From Lytechinus pictus (Eukaryota): a DNA stretch of 64,000 nt. The notes beneath the pieces are model-generated. The model worked only from the letters and a program-made list of their open reading frames with translations, had not been told where the DNA came from and made no database searches. The stretch's first letter is position 1; each line of letters opens with the position of its first letter. The DNA is taken from NCBI RefSeq assembly GCF_037042905.1, contig NC_087251.1, positions 28,646,001-28,710,000 on the forward strand, read 5' to 3'. The position numbers and the translations under genes are program-made. Positions 22,338 to 35,164 of the stretch are shown one piece after another.

Positions 22338-22769
22338 CGGTTACACTTCGTATTTCCGAAGATTCGTAATTCCGAAGATTCGTAATTCCGAAGGTTCGTA
22401 ATTCCGAAACACGCAAATTGCCTATACCTCGATGTTCGTTAATCCGAAAACGTAAAAGCGTTCGTTAATCCGATCATTTGTGGCGTTATTCCGAAGGTTC
22501 GATGTTCCGAAGGTTCGTTAATCCGAAAACGAAATAAGGTTCGTTGGTCCGAAAACGAAATAAGGTTAGTTAATCATTTAGTTTCGGACTAACAAACCTT
22601 CGGAATTACGAACCTCATTTCTTTTTCGGATTAACGAACCTTATTTCGTTTTCGGATTAACGAACCTTCGGAATTACAAACCTTCGGAAATACGAACCTT
22701 CGGAATAACGAATCTTCGGAATATCCGAACCTTCGGAATAACGAAGCTTCGGAATTACGAATGTATGCG
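22338..22769. mobile_element. Foldback MITE with inverted arrays of a ~15-bp unit (ttcgtaattccgaag), 7-bp TSD TATATTA; copy 1
   Basis: tatatta|cggttacacttcgta ... tacgaatgtatgcg|tatatta. The left half has forward units and the right half reverse-complement units. Confidence 0.9.
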
Positions 22770-25125
22770 TATATTACAATTATGATTTATCAGAATACGG
22801 AAGAGCAATTTCTCACATGTTTATTGATAACTTAATAATATCTAGCATATATAGATAGATTAATATGAAAATCATTTATTACATTTTCATCCAAGGTTGT
22901 TTGAATGTGTGAAGTAAATGGAAACTGATCAGCCAGGACAAATTTTCCTGCGTAACATTCAGTGATAAAGATATTGATAGGCCGAGACTTAGGTGAAGGT
23001 TTCATCTTGCCCCTCTTGCTATTTTTTTTTTTTTTTTTTTTTGGGGGGGGGGGGGGTATTAGATATAATTAAGGTATAAATAAGATGGCTACGCATTGCT
23101 CTTTCACATTCTGGTAAAACAAAGTCAATGCTCTCAAGACATTGATTTTAATAAAGATCTTACAAAAAATGGTTGATAAAATCTAACATTTAAAATAATT
23201 TATTTTTACATGTAATTGTTAGTCAATCTTGACCCTCTAAATTTGGTATAATTCTTAGACCCTCTTATTCAAGTGCCAAACTTTTAATTGGGCGTAATGT
23301 GTCATTTAAATAACTTGATCATGGCCTTACGCATAACTTTTTTTTTTGGGGGGGGGGAATGCATAAAACTTTTTGATGAAACTTGAAAGCCAGGGAGCTT
23401 GACCCCATCTTGTCATGGAGACACTTGCATTTTCTAAAATGAAATTGAAGGATTTGCACTATTGGTGAAAATGAAGGATGTGCACTATTGGTAAATTTTG
23501 TGAAAATCTTTGTATGCAAGATTTTAAAATTAACTGCCCCCCCCCCCCCCACTGCGTACTGCCATGAACTTGATGTGAACTTAATAAAATAAATATTGGA
23601 AAACAATCTTTTAAAAATTTTCGAAACCAGATTGTGCACATATATATATTTTTTTATTCCGAGTTGAAAAAATGTCTGTCTACTTTAGTAGCAGTATTTC
23701 GAATTGCCATATATTTCTAGGGGTTTGTTCTATAGTGGCTTCGATGAATCAGTCTTTAATTTGTATACGATTCAATTGTACCCGCGTTTTGTGAAGTTCA
23801 CTTTTTTCACTGATTACATAGATAATATCACATACAGAGAGAGAGAGAGGAGAGAGAGAGAGGGGGGCAGGGGCGGGTGGGAGATGGGATGGTATGTAGA
23901 TAGGTAGGTGCAAAATGTAAATTAAACCAAATGGGAATCGTGTATATGAAATAACAAAAATTAAGATGAGGGGCAGGTTAATAGAAGAAAACGGTGTTAA
24001 TGATTTAATGTGAAATAATATTTTTTTTCATTAAAAGCGAGGAAGTAAAAGTAAGAGCCAAATGGAAGGCCTAACGTAATTAAACTGCACTTGGATGCTT
24101 AAGGATAACAAATGTAACTCCCAACGGAAATATGAGCATCTTTGAAAGTATAGAATTCATATGTTTATGATTTATTTAATTAATTCATCAAAACATAAAT
24201 TTGAATTATCTAGTATAATTCATCAAAACATAAATTTGTCAATTATTATAAGAACGCAATTGAGCGAAAAGGGTTTAGTAAGAAAAAATTAGTGAGAATT
24301 TTTAAAAAGTGTAATGTCCATTTTTAGAGTGGAGAATAGACTCATATAGGACCCGTGCGAAAAGACTAGGACGAACATATAAATGAATTAAGAACCCCAA
24401 CCCCCCCCTACTCCCTACCCCAGAAAAAAAAAGAAAGCAGAATTAATGTAATTGAATGTAGGCGAAGAAGAGGGGGTGCATATTAAAGGGAATCAGAGAG
24501 TGTATGAAGTGTGCTTGTAAGAAATGATGATCATGGGGGGGGGGGGGGGAGTGAGGAGACTTTGCACAATCTTTAGCAAGACGGGTTATGGCAAAGTTAA
24601 TGGAGGAAATCAGGGGGCAAGAAAGAGAGAGAAAAAGGGGGTGGGTAAAGATTGAAGTGTACAAGTATGATGAATAAATACAAAAGTAGACAAAACAGGG
24701 AAAACGATACCATTTAATAAAATGTATTTCCTAATGGAAAGAACATAGTGTTACACAGTGTGTTCACGTTATGTACTGTGTAAAAATGTGATTAACACTG
24801 TTAAAATGCTCAAATTTAACAGTTTCACAGTGTGTTCACTTAAAAGACTATATACATGAAGATGTGATTCACACTGTTAACACTAAAAAGCTGGGGAAAA
24901 AAGACTGGGGCCTAACCCCCCCCCCCCCCGATATTCTTATTTGCTTTTTTGATAAATTCGCAACGTGAAAGCATCGCATTATGGGACACTATGTTCTTTC
25001 CAGCAGAGACATTATTGTCAAAATAACAAATGTCAGTGAACAAGGCCAAATTCATTGAGCAGAATTAATCAGGATTTCGCTGATCTTCGGCTGAAGTGTG
25101 TCCTCCGGGAGGGGGGGGGGGTCAC

Positions 25126-25720
25126 TTAAAAGACAAGTCAAACCCTAACATAAAGATGACTTGAATAAAAAGAGAAAAATCCAACAAGCACAACACTTAA
25201 AATTTCATCAAAATCGGACGTAAAATGACATTTTAAACATTGGGTTAATTAAAAAAATTGTTATATGCACACCCAGGTCGGTATGCAAATGAGGAAACTG
25301 ATGACGTCATCCACTATTTCTTTTGTATCTTATTACATGAAAAATGAAATATTCTATTTTTTCCTCGTTGTCAAGTGAAACAACGATTAATTTCTCTCTT
25401 GATTATATGGAATTAGTATTGTTTAATAATATATGGTTCAGTCAAGTTGGCCCTTCTTGTCAAATCTGTAAAAAAATGAAATAATGCATAATTCAAACAA
25501 TAAAAAACAAAAGAAATGGTGAATGAGGGACATCATCGATTGTCTCATTTGCATGTCACTGAGTTGTGCATATAACCGTTTTGTGAAAAATAAGTGAAAT
25601 TTTAAAATGTCAGAACTTTATTATTTTACATCCGATTTTGATGAAATTGTCAGCGTTATGCTAGTTTTATTTTTCTCAATTTATTCAAATCAACTTTATT
25701 CTGGGTGGACTTGACTTTAC
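25126..25720. mobile_element. TTAA-flanked ~600-bp MITE, Kolobok-like termini; copy 1
   Basis: ttaaaagacaagtcaaaccc ... gggtggacttgactttac; long subterminal IR with aaaatttcatcaaaatcgga. Homologous to 29231-29838 and 41358-41960. Confidence 0.85.
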
Positions 25721-26149
25721 AGAACTGACGTGGTAACCATGCGAGTCCCAATAAAGCGTCGAATATCAAAAGGGTCGGATTTCCGCAACTAGGCGACATT
25801 TTTGAAGAAAAAAAATCCAGTCATACTTTCGAAATTTTTAAGAAAAGGGTTACTTTTTCACTGGTCCTTCGACGTTTACACAATTTAGGGGTAAATTTTG
25901 ACTTAAATTTACATTTGCGACGTCTAGGGTACATTTTTACATTTATGTCGTTCAGAGGTAGAATCTGACATCCATAATTACATTGGGATTACGCCATTTA
26001 GGGTCCATTAAATTTTGATATGCTTGGATCTATACGAGCGAGCATGGGCACCACACTTCAGTTCGCGAGTGAAAAAAAAGCATTTTACTTTCTATATAAG
26101 TTGCCAAATATTCAGGATAATTACACATTTTATGATTACATGATACTAC

Positions 26150-26447
26150 AAGGGCGGAAATCTCTCCCCAAAGGTAGGGAGACCAGGGGCTGAAAAATTT
26201 GATAACAAAAAAAGGTGTTATCACCCCAAATGTAAGGTCATTTCAAAGAAAATAAATTTGACAAGCAAAAAAAAAAGGAAATTACCCAAAAAGTAAGGTC
26301 ATCTCGTCCAAAATACATGTTTTATTTCGATTTTTAATGATGTATTTCTTTACATCATAAAATACCAAAAATAGTATGAGGGACATTTGATATTGTGTCC
26401 CCCTACTATTTTGGGTAGGGGGACGCCCCCTGGGATTTCCGCCCGTG
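26150..26447. mobile_element. MITE with C(A)xGGGCGGAAATC termini
   Basis: caagggcggaaatc ... gatttccgcccgtg; TSD not clearly resolved. Confidence 0.5.
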
Positions 26448-26711
26448 CATAATAGCATAAGTATGGTACACCGTTGTAAAGAGGAATGGTGAATGTTTCA
26501 AAATGATATCAGTTTCGCTTTTCATAGTTCAGTAACTAAGAAATCATTCCTTTAACTTGTATTTTAGAACTTTTTGAAGGGATAAGTTTGATCGAGTCAA
26601 GACAATTACATGGCCAGGCAAGGGAATCCTATTTTTCAGTTGTTTCATCACGATAACCCCATTTTATCGTTTTTGTAATTTTTTTATCATGCATTTTTTT
26701 GAAGTTATATA

Positions 26712-27697
26712 CAGTGCGTATCAAAAAAAAGTTTACACTTTGAAAAAATCCTGTAAAATTATACAGTTGTAATATCCTGAAGATTTTTTTCACATTTTAA
26801 CATTACGGATCCATTTGAGCAAATGACGATATAACTGTCGAAAAATATATTCGCTTGAGTGAGCACTACTTACTTTTGAAAAGTTAGTGAAAAATGATTT
26901 GCGCAGAACTTTGAAATAGTTATGCGAATAAAAGTAAACCTTAATCATGAAGAACACGTGGAATTTAGCTAGTAAAATTGATTTGAAGATATCTTTTACC
27001 TTTTTTGACTTGTTTCCTTGCCCAAAACACTTCGAAGAGTGCATTTTGCCCCACCCCACTCCCCCACACACCGAGGCCATCGTGACGATATTTGCTTTAC
27101 ACTGAGCTGTGATTTACATGGACTGGCTTAAGCTTGATTTTCATTTTGTTAATCATTGCCAAGCTTGGGATAAGTGTGGAGAAACAAGTATTAAATGAAA
27201 AATGAAATATAAATCCACTTTCAATGATAAAAACTTAGTGAAAAAATGCTGGAGATGTCTGATATAAACTTTTGTTCAGATTTAGTTATGTCCTCAGATC
27301 CAGCTGGCACAAAAAGGGTAAACGTTGTGCTTACTAAGTGTTGAAATTTCAATTTGGGTGGCAAAATTGTTACAAAATGCTTGAATGTATCCGTTTTATT
27401 TCAATTGACTAAAAGTGCATGGGAAGTGTATGAGAAATGTTTCGCAGGGTGAGTTTGATTTCGCCCTTTCCCCTTGACACAGCGTGAAAACGAGCATTTC
27501 TGCGCAAACAGATTTCTGCGAGCTTTACAAAAATGGACAGTGCTCACTCAAGTGTAACATTCTGACAAAACTTTTTACTTTCATTGGATAGATGAGACCC
27601 AAACCCAAGATTATATTTGGAAAAATTACCCACATGTTGTATATTTTTTAATTCCCAGGGCTTTTTCAAAGTGTAAACTTTTTTTTGATACGCACTG
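26712..27697. mobile_element. Young Tc1/mariner-type non-autonomous element, 986 bp, TA TSD
   Basis: ta|cagtgcgtatcaaaaaaaagtttacactttgaaaaa ... tttttcaaagtgtaaactttttttgatacgcactg|ta: ~36-bp TIR that looks perfect by eye; no transposase ORF. Confidence 0.92.
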
Positions 27698-28594
27698 TAT
27701 ATATATATTTAAGATAACTTATTTCTCTCTGAATATTCTGAGATTCCCGTGCTTCCTCTAGTTAGGCTCTTAAAAGTCTTGAAATGATAGCAAACATTGA
27801 AAAGTAAAAAGGAGGCCGACTAAGCAGAACTTGTGAAGAGCTGGACCCTGATTTACAAACAAAGAGAAAAAACAATGTGAAATTAGACAAAGGCATGGGG
27901 GCCGTTTCATAAAGAGTTACAACTGTTGTAACTTTGCCACTGTGGCAACTACCATGGTAACCTTGATAATATTGGGTCATTTTTCTTTCAATATGAAATG
28001 TAAACTTTAACTCAATTGTTATACATTGAAACTAGCCATTTCTAAAGTTCGTATTTAAGCGAGAATAGGTTTTTTACTCCCTTATATTACTGACAGGGAA
28101 GTTTTAAAAAATCGGGGCAATAGGCAAGTGGCAAAAAATCATTTGCCTCTCTTGAAACCGATTATTTTTTTATTTACCATAAATAGAGCAGGGGCAATTT
28201 GTGATCTTAATTTTTCTGAAAACATAATATGAGCACTAAGAAAATAAAGTTTCACGTATTGGCTTCTGTAAGGTAACAAATTAATGCTGATGATAATGCT
28301 TATAATATATATGACGATAATGAAATTTTATTTGAATAAAACAAAATATATGCGTGGTGACGATTAATAATAATGCTTACATTTCCTATACATGCAGTTT
28401 TTAAGTAATATCATAGGTATGATACATTGTTTCCACAGGCAACAAGAGAACCTAATTGTTTTTAAAATAAAGACAAAAATAAGTTTACAGAAATTTTCTG
28501 AAATCAACATCCAATCCAAATCCCGATCATCATTGGCGTAATGAGGTAAAAAAAAATGAGGGCGTTGAACTTTCCACATCGTGCACAAGTTTGA

Positions 28595-28805
28595 GGTGCC
28601 GTGGCCGAGTGGTCCAAGGCGCCAGGCTATACATAAAAAGTCCGGGGTTCGATCCCCGTGAGCAAGGCATTTAATGTACAATGCTCTTTTATCCTGCTTT
28701 CAAATAAATGGAAATGCTATATGCATTATTGTAAAATTGGTGTGCACTTGTTAAAAATAACTAAATAAAAAATAATAAAAAAGTTTGAAAAATTTGCTGG
28801 CGAGC
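28595..28805 (+). mobile_element. tRNA-derived SINE
   Basis: A-box tggccgagtgg and B-box ggttcgatccc with tRNA-like spacing, followed by gagcaaggcattt body; no cloverleaf acceptor stem. 3' limit approximate. Confidence 0.7.
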
Positions 28806-29230
28806 CGAAAATCGAAGAATAAAATTTATTTAGAGATTTGACTTGTAAAGAAAGTAAATATCGGACCAATATCCAAGAGATTTTGATCAAATTCTGTTGA
28901 AAATGGCAATACAATCAACATATTTATCATTATCACTTTATCTATTCATCTATTCATTAATCAATTAATTAATCAATCAATTTATTCATTTATCTACTCA
29001 TTCATTCATTTACTTATTTATTTATTTATCATTATTATTTTTTTTGGGGGGGGGTCCAGCTTGTCCAAGCCCAAAAACCTACCAGTACATAAATGGTTAC
29101 CATAAAATGACAACTTTACCATTTTTTTTCTTTTATTAAAGGAAGCCATGATCACGCCTCATGACGATGGTGATAAAAATTCATATCTCAGGGTGGTATG
29201 ATATATAGCTATGGTTTATTTAAACCTGGG

Positions 29231-29838
29231 TTAAAGGACAAGTCCACCCCAACACAAAGCTGATTTGAATAAAAAGAGAAAAATCCAACAAGCACAACAC
29301 TAAAAATTTCATCAAAATCGGATGTAAAATAAGAAAGTTATGACATTTTAAAGTTCGCTTAATTTCACAAAACAGTTATATACACATCCTGTTTGGTATT
29401 CAAATCAGGAGACTGATGACGTCATCCACTCACTATTTCTTTTGTATTTTTTTATATGAAATATTCTAATTTTCTCCTCATTGTCAAGGGAAACAACGAT
29501 ATTCCTCCTTAAACATGTGGAATTAGCATTGTTTAATACTATATGGTTCAGTCAAGTTGGTCCTTATTGTCAAATGTGTAAAAAATGAAATATTGTATAC
29601 TGGGTAATTCAAACAATAAAAAACTAAAGAAATAGTGAGTGATGGACATCATCGACTGACCCATTTGCATGTCACTGAATTGTGCATATCACTGTTTTGT
29701 GAAAAATAGGCGAAACTTCAAAATGCCGTATCTTTTTTTATTTTACATCCGATTTTGATGAAATTTTCAGCGTTATGTTTGTTTGAATTTTCTCTATTTA
29801 TTCAAATCAACATTTTCTGGGGTAGACTTGACCTTTAA
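29231..29838. mobile_element. TTAA-flanked ~600-bp MITE, Kolobok-like; copy 2
   Basis: ttaa|aggacaagtccacccc ... ggggtagacttgacct|ttaa. Confidence 0.9.
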
Positions 29839-30689
29839 CTTAGATAACACTTTTATTGAGTGCCAATTCTCAACTCATTCAACGATTAAAAATTATAAGT
29901 TTGCACAGAAATTTGTCAAAAATTAGTTGAGTCGTGACATGGAAAGAATTGGAAAGTACAAAAATGTTATGAATTTTAATTAATTAATTAATTAATTGAT
30001 ACACTATTATTGCCACGAATATGGAAGAAATAATATGAAGCCCACTATTAGAAGTGTGGTTTCAAATTCTATTTTTTAAACCCAGGTTTAATTATCAGAA
30101 TCCCAACAATGAGTCCATAATATCTCACGGCGCTCCACATCCTGCTCGATCCACTGCGTCGCATCGTTGACTCAAGTGCTGACATGACATGGAGTCGAGG
30201 TCGTCTTTGAAGTCGTCGTCATCATCGAATACCACTTGCTCCCAACAGTGTATCGTCATGGACTAAAGGGAGTTATTACTATCTTCTATGGCTTGGTCGT
30301 CATGGGTGATCTAGATGGACAGGTCTCTACCATATTTGACAGTCGACATTAAGAAGAAAATAATACATGCGATAAAGATATGTTAATTCCTTTTTAAAAA
30401 TGGGGTGGGGATGATAGGGTTAAAATATAATTTTACTTCCTTTAATTACGTCGCTCGACTGTACGGCCTCAAATTAATAATTTCTTTTAAGACACTTTAT
30501 ATTCTATATTTTTTTATGGGGTCGGCATCTTGATGTCTTTACTGTACTGTAGTGTATAGCCTATTCTAATCTTATTCTTGCCATTCCCCCCCCCTCCATT
30601 AACATCGATACGCACAGCGTATGTCAATAATATCATACATTTTAATTCATATTTTACTGTAATTGTGTTCTCTATGATAATTTTCCTAA

Positions 30690-30978
30690 TATCACCGATT
30701 TCTTAAAAATGTATCATGCTATAATTTATTGAACAATGTTTGCATTAGTGATATTTATTATTTTAATGTATTGAATTGATTATTTTGTATTGAACCTAAG
30801 TTCTTTTATGTATATACACATGTCTTGTTATTTTATGTTAACAGGACCATGCTGAAAAACTGCTTGTTTTCCTGTATAAAGATATTTAAAAAAATAAAAA
30901 TAATAAAAATAAAATGAATAAATAAATAAATGAATGAATTAATGAATAAATAAATAAATAAATAAATGAATAAATAAA
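30690..30978 (+). mobile_element. Probable 3' end of a non-LTR retroposon with (AATA/AATG)n tail
   Basis: AT-rich 3'UTR-like tract, then acaggaccatgctgaaaaactgc...cctgtataaagatattt, then a long aaat/gaat microsatellite tail. Confidence 0.45.
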
Positions 30979-31075
30979 CCTGTTGCTCTCCAGTGTCGTT
31001 TCAAAGGCTGAAATCTATAAAACAATTAATCTCTAATAAGTTAATCGTATAGAACGCAAACCAGAGCCCCGTTAA

Positions 31076-31634
31076 CGGTTACACTTCGTAATTCCGAAGG
31101 TTCGTAATTCCGAAGGTTCTTTATTCCGAAGGTTCGTAATTCCGAAACACGCAAATTGCCTATACCTCGATGTTCATTAATCCGAAAACGTAAAAGGGTT
31201 CGTTAATCCGAACATTTGTGGCGTTATTCCGAAGGTTCGATAATCCGAAAACGAAATAAGGTTCGATGTTCCGAAGGTTCGTTAATCCGAAAACGAAATA
31301 AGGTTCATTGTTTCGAAGGTTCGTTTATCCGAAAACGAAATAAAGTTCATTGTTCCGAAGGTTCGTTAGTCCGAAAACGAAATAAGGTTAGTTAATCATT
31401 TAGTTTTCGGACAAACGAACCTTCGGAATTACGAACCTCATTTCTTTTTCGGATTAACGAACCTTCAGAATTACGAACCTCACTTTGTTTTCGGACTAAC
31501 GAACCTTCGGAATTACGAACCTCATTTCGTTTTCGGACTAACGAACCTTCGGAATTACGAAGCTTCGGAATAACGAACCTTCGGAATATCCGAACCTTCG
31601 GAATAACGAAGCTTCGGAATTACGAATGTATGCG
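31076..31634. mobile_element. Foldback MITE, same family as 22338-22769; copy 2, longer internal arrays
   Basis: ccgttaa|cggttacacttcgtaattccgaagg ... tacgaatgtatgcg|ccgttgg (TSD 5/7 match). Confidence 0.9.
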
Positions 31635-31659
31635 CCGTTGGTAAACTACCATCACGCAC

Positions 31660-31912
31660 GTATTCGATGTTTGACCGGGCGACCGGGCGTGACAAATTCA
31701 TGTTTCACATGAGGGCGCCAAATTCATGTTCAACCGAGGGCGTCAAATTTACCTGGTGTCAAATTCATGTTCGACCTTTGGGGGCGCCAATTTGATATTC
31801 AACGGGGGGGGGGGGGGGACGCCAATTTGATGTTTGACCGGGGGCGGCCAATTCATGTTTCCCAAAGGGGGAGGGGCGCCAAACTCATGTTTCACATGGG
31901 GCGCCAATTTGC
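31660..31912 (+). repeat. Short array (~8-9 units) of a ~25-bp variant of the large satellite
   Basis: Units such as aaattcatgtttcacatgagggcgcc and aaattcatgttcgacctttgggggcgcc. Confidence 0.75.
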
Positions 31913-32089
31913 TCGAATCGCCTGCATAGTGAGATACATGTCCTGCCCGAAAGGATTAAATGTGGCTGAAAATATGACGTTTTTTACGACAACAAGTACC
32001 ACAAACAATTTACTCGCGATTCCAGTTTTCATTAATTCTGTTTAGCGAGATAGGTATCCTGTTAATGATTACAAATTACAGGATTACAC

Positions 32090-32345
32090 GGGTCGTGTGG
32101 TCCAGTGATTAGAGTATTGGACTCCTGATCTCAAGGTTGTGAGTTAGAATCCCCACTCTTCCATTGTCTCCACTTTGGATAAAAAGGCCCAAGAGTAATT
32201 TGTCGTCTATAAAACATCAGCCACTATGACTGATTAACCTAGACGTAAAATGTTTCCTAGGTCATTGATTGTTTATCGGCTTGGAGTTTATCAGCAAAGA
32301 GCTGTCCTGCCGACTAAGGGAGTTACCATAAACCTAAATAAAGTG
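32090..32345 (+). mobile_element. Degenerate tRNA-derived SINE
   Basis: gggtcgtgtggtccagtgattagagtattggactc (A-box-like) and gagttagaatccc (B-box-like). 3' limit approximate. Confidence 0.55.
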
Positions 32346-32401
32346 CTCCATTTGAAGCTCAGCTCGCGCTACACGCTCGCAATATGACGAGTTACGTTTG
32401 C

Positions 32402-35164
32402 TATCCATGGATTATGGAAGCTTAAAAGTGCCACCGAGATGTTGAGATAATTATCTTGGGAAGTCGACATCATGATAGCCAAAGATCAGATGACGAGATC
32501 CCGGATCTCATCGTGTCATCATCTTTTAGAAGAGATGACAAGATCCCGGATGTCATCATATCAACATCTTTTAGAAGAGATGACAAGATCCCGGATCTCA
32601 TCATGTCAACATCTTTTAGAAGAGATGATGAGATGACAAGATCCCGGATCTCGTCATGTCAACATCCTTTTGAAGAGATGATCAGATGTCAAGATCCCGG
32701 ATCTCATCATGTCGACATCTTGTAGAAGAGATGATCAGATGACAAGATCTCGGATCTCATCATGTCGACATCTTGTAGAAGAGATGATCCTACACCATTC
32801 ATTGCGAACGTAACGCGGCGCTAAATTATGGAACGCCAGGCTGGACACAATTCGTCACCAACAGTACATGGTACATCCGCCAATTGATGTGTCCAGATAG
32901 CGGAACATAGTGTGATTATATTATGGGGGATACTAAAACATGTAAAAGATATATAAAACATAGTAACCTAAAGGAGTGACCGTTTCAGACCCAAAACTGC
33001 CCCCAAAATTGCTGATAAACCCGACATTATCTGTTTTCAGGACAACCGTGAATTTCAGAGGAAGAGTGAAGAGTCACGGCCGAAAATTGCTGAATTTTTT
33101 TTTTGCTTGCCAGAGAATTCTGACATGCAATAGACATTGTCATGGTTTCAGCACCCCAGGACAAAAATCGGTCCCACATCCCTGCTGTGCACGTGTCATC
33201 CAACAGACCAATCAAAATGCACCAAATTGATTTTGTTTTCACAGTGTTTTGTGTTGAATTTGATATATTTGCATTGCTTTGAATAACTGGGATTATACCT
33301 TTTCATTTTTTTTTGTAAAAAAATACAAGGCTTTAAAAATCGGGAGAAGGACACTAGTTGCTTAGATTTGCAACAATAACAATTTACACTGATCTTTGGT
33401 TAAAATTATACATTAAACTCCTTTTTAGAGTCTGATTGAAATGACTGCCAGAGAATGCTGGAAAATGAAAGAATAAAAAATATTTAAAGTGATTAGGCTA
33501 CTCGAAAACATCAACAAATCCCAGATGTTGGTTGCGTTTCCTGTTTCTTCTTCTTCTTCTTCTTCATCTTCTTAATTCTTCTTCTCCTCTTCCTTCCTCT
33601 TGTTGTTGTTCTTCTTCTTCCTCTCTTTCATCCAGGCGCGGTTCTCGACTAAAATGTTGTTTTTTTTTTTTTTTTTTTTTTTGGGGGGGTCTTCTATGAG
33701 TGACGTTGGTCATTTGAATACAAGGAAAATTGGCCCATCACGTCCCGGTGATAAATTAGTTTAAGTTGTTATGCGAGGGGCGTAGCGACCGAGCGAAATA
33801 AAATCGCATCAACATGTATAACACCCTGGACCAGTGATTTAGTTCCATAAGGGGGACAAGACTGGCAATGAGGAGGTCTGTGTTGTTACCCTCTCCAGGC
33901 GTTCAACTTCTTCATACGCGAGAAAGCGTAGCGAACGAGCAATTGCTTGACTAAATGACACTCAAGATAAACTATCCGTCAAGGGCCGGTATGAAATTGA
34001 ATATTGAAAACATTTTTCCCCGATTAGGGTCCCGATTTTAGGGTATCAAAATTACTGATCCTGTAGGGTGATTTAAAGTGATATTTCCCATTTAGGGTAA
34101 CAAATTTACCGCTCCTGATATCCCGTTTAGGGTACTTTTCAAAAATGATTTTCGCCCATGCTGTAGGCCTACAGGTCTCAATGGGACATGTCCTCGGGCA
34201 CTTTACTAGTAGGTCAGAGAGCATGATAGCGACCGAGCCGTGAGAGAAACTACTGAAGAATGGCAAAAATTCACAGCACTTTTGGCCAAAATAGGAAAAA
34301 AATCAGGGTTTAATCTTCTATTTTACATTGGTAGGCCTAGTTTGATTTTCGGGGACGGGGGAGGGGAGAGCTACTTTGAAAAAAAATTGTTTCTCACTCC
34401 TTATTGCTGACACTCGGTTATATCCAACAGGGTGTGTCCACAGTAGTTTACTGTATTGTACGTACAGGGAAATTATTGGCTGACTATAGTCGCACATCAA
34501 TAGAGCATTAATGTATATTAAGCTTAGATATAATTTTGCGAGGGAACGTGTAACAACCGAGCGAGAAAATTTTCGAATTTGAATTGTAAAAGTTTTCAAG
34601 AGCACTCACGACCTATAGAGGATTTGTGGTCCTTTTTCTATTGAGGGGGGGCTTTATTCCTCATAGCCCACCCGTAGAACCGCACTTGCTTCCCCTTGTT
34701 CTTTTTCTTCTTCTCCTCCTTCTTCTTTTACTCTTTCAACAAAATCACACTATGTTCCGCTATCTGGACACATCAATTGGCGGATGTACCATGTACTGTT
34801 GGTGACGAATTGTGTCCAGCCTGGCGTTCCATAATTTAGCGCCGCGTTATGTTCGCAATGAATGGTGTAGGATCATCTCTTCTACAAGATGTCGACATGA
34901 TGAGATCCGAGATCTTGTCATCTGATCATCTCTTCTAAAAGATGTCGACAGGATGAGATCCGGGATCTTGACATCTGATCATCTCTTCAAAAGGATGTTG
35001 ACACGACGAGATCCGGGATCTTGTCATCTCATCATCTCTTCTAAAAGATGTTGACATGATGAGATCCGGGATCTCGTCATCTGATCTTTTGCTATCATGA
35101 TGTCGACTTCCCCAGATGATTATCTCAACATCTCGGTGGCACTTTTAAGCTTCCATAATGGATA
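32402..35164. mobile_element. Large foldback structure: near-identical inverted arms 32402-32917 and 34743-35164, each with a 42-52-bp minisatellite, around a 1.8-kb spacer
   Basis: attatggaagcttaaaagtgccaccgagatgttgagataa...gtccagatagcggaacatagtgtgatt is the reverse complement of aatcacactatgttccgctatctggac...ggcacttttaagcttccataat. Unit gatgacaagatcccggatctcatcatgtcaacatcttttagaaga has more copies in the left arm. Confidence 0.85.
33633..34688. mobile_element. ~1.05-kb TIR element inserted in a (CTT)n tract inside the foldback spacer
   Basis: caggcgcggttct ... agaaccgcacttg termini; CTT-rich tract on both sides (33546-33630, 34690-34732). Confidence 0.55.

Noticed and set aside
22338..22769. 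CRISPR-like or protein-binding array (ttcgtaattccgaag)n
   Set aside because: The units are arranged as inverted arms bounded by termini and a TSD, and recur at 31076-31634, so this is a MITE.
32456..32725. 89-aa ORF with 14-aa repeats (DDKIPDLIMSTSFRR)
   Set aside because: Translation of the 42-bp minisatellite in the inverted arm.
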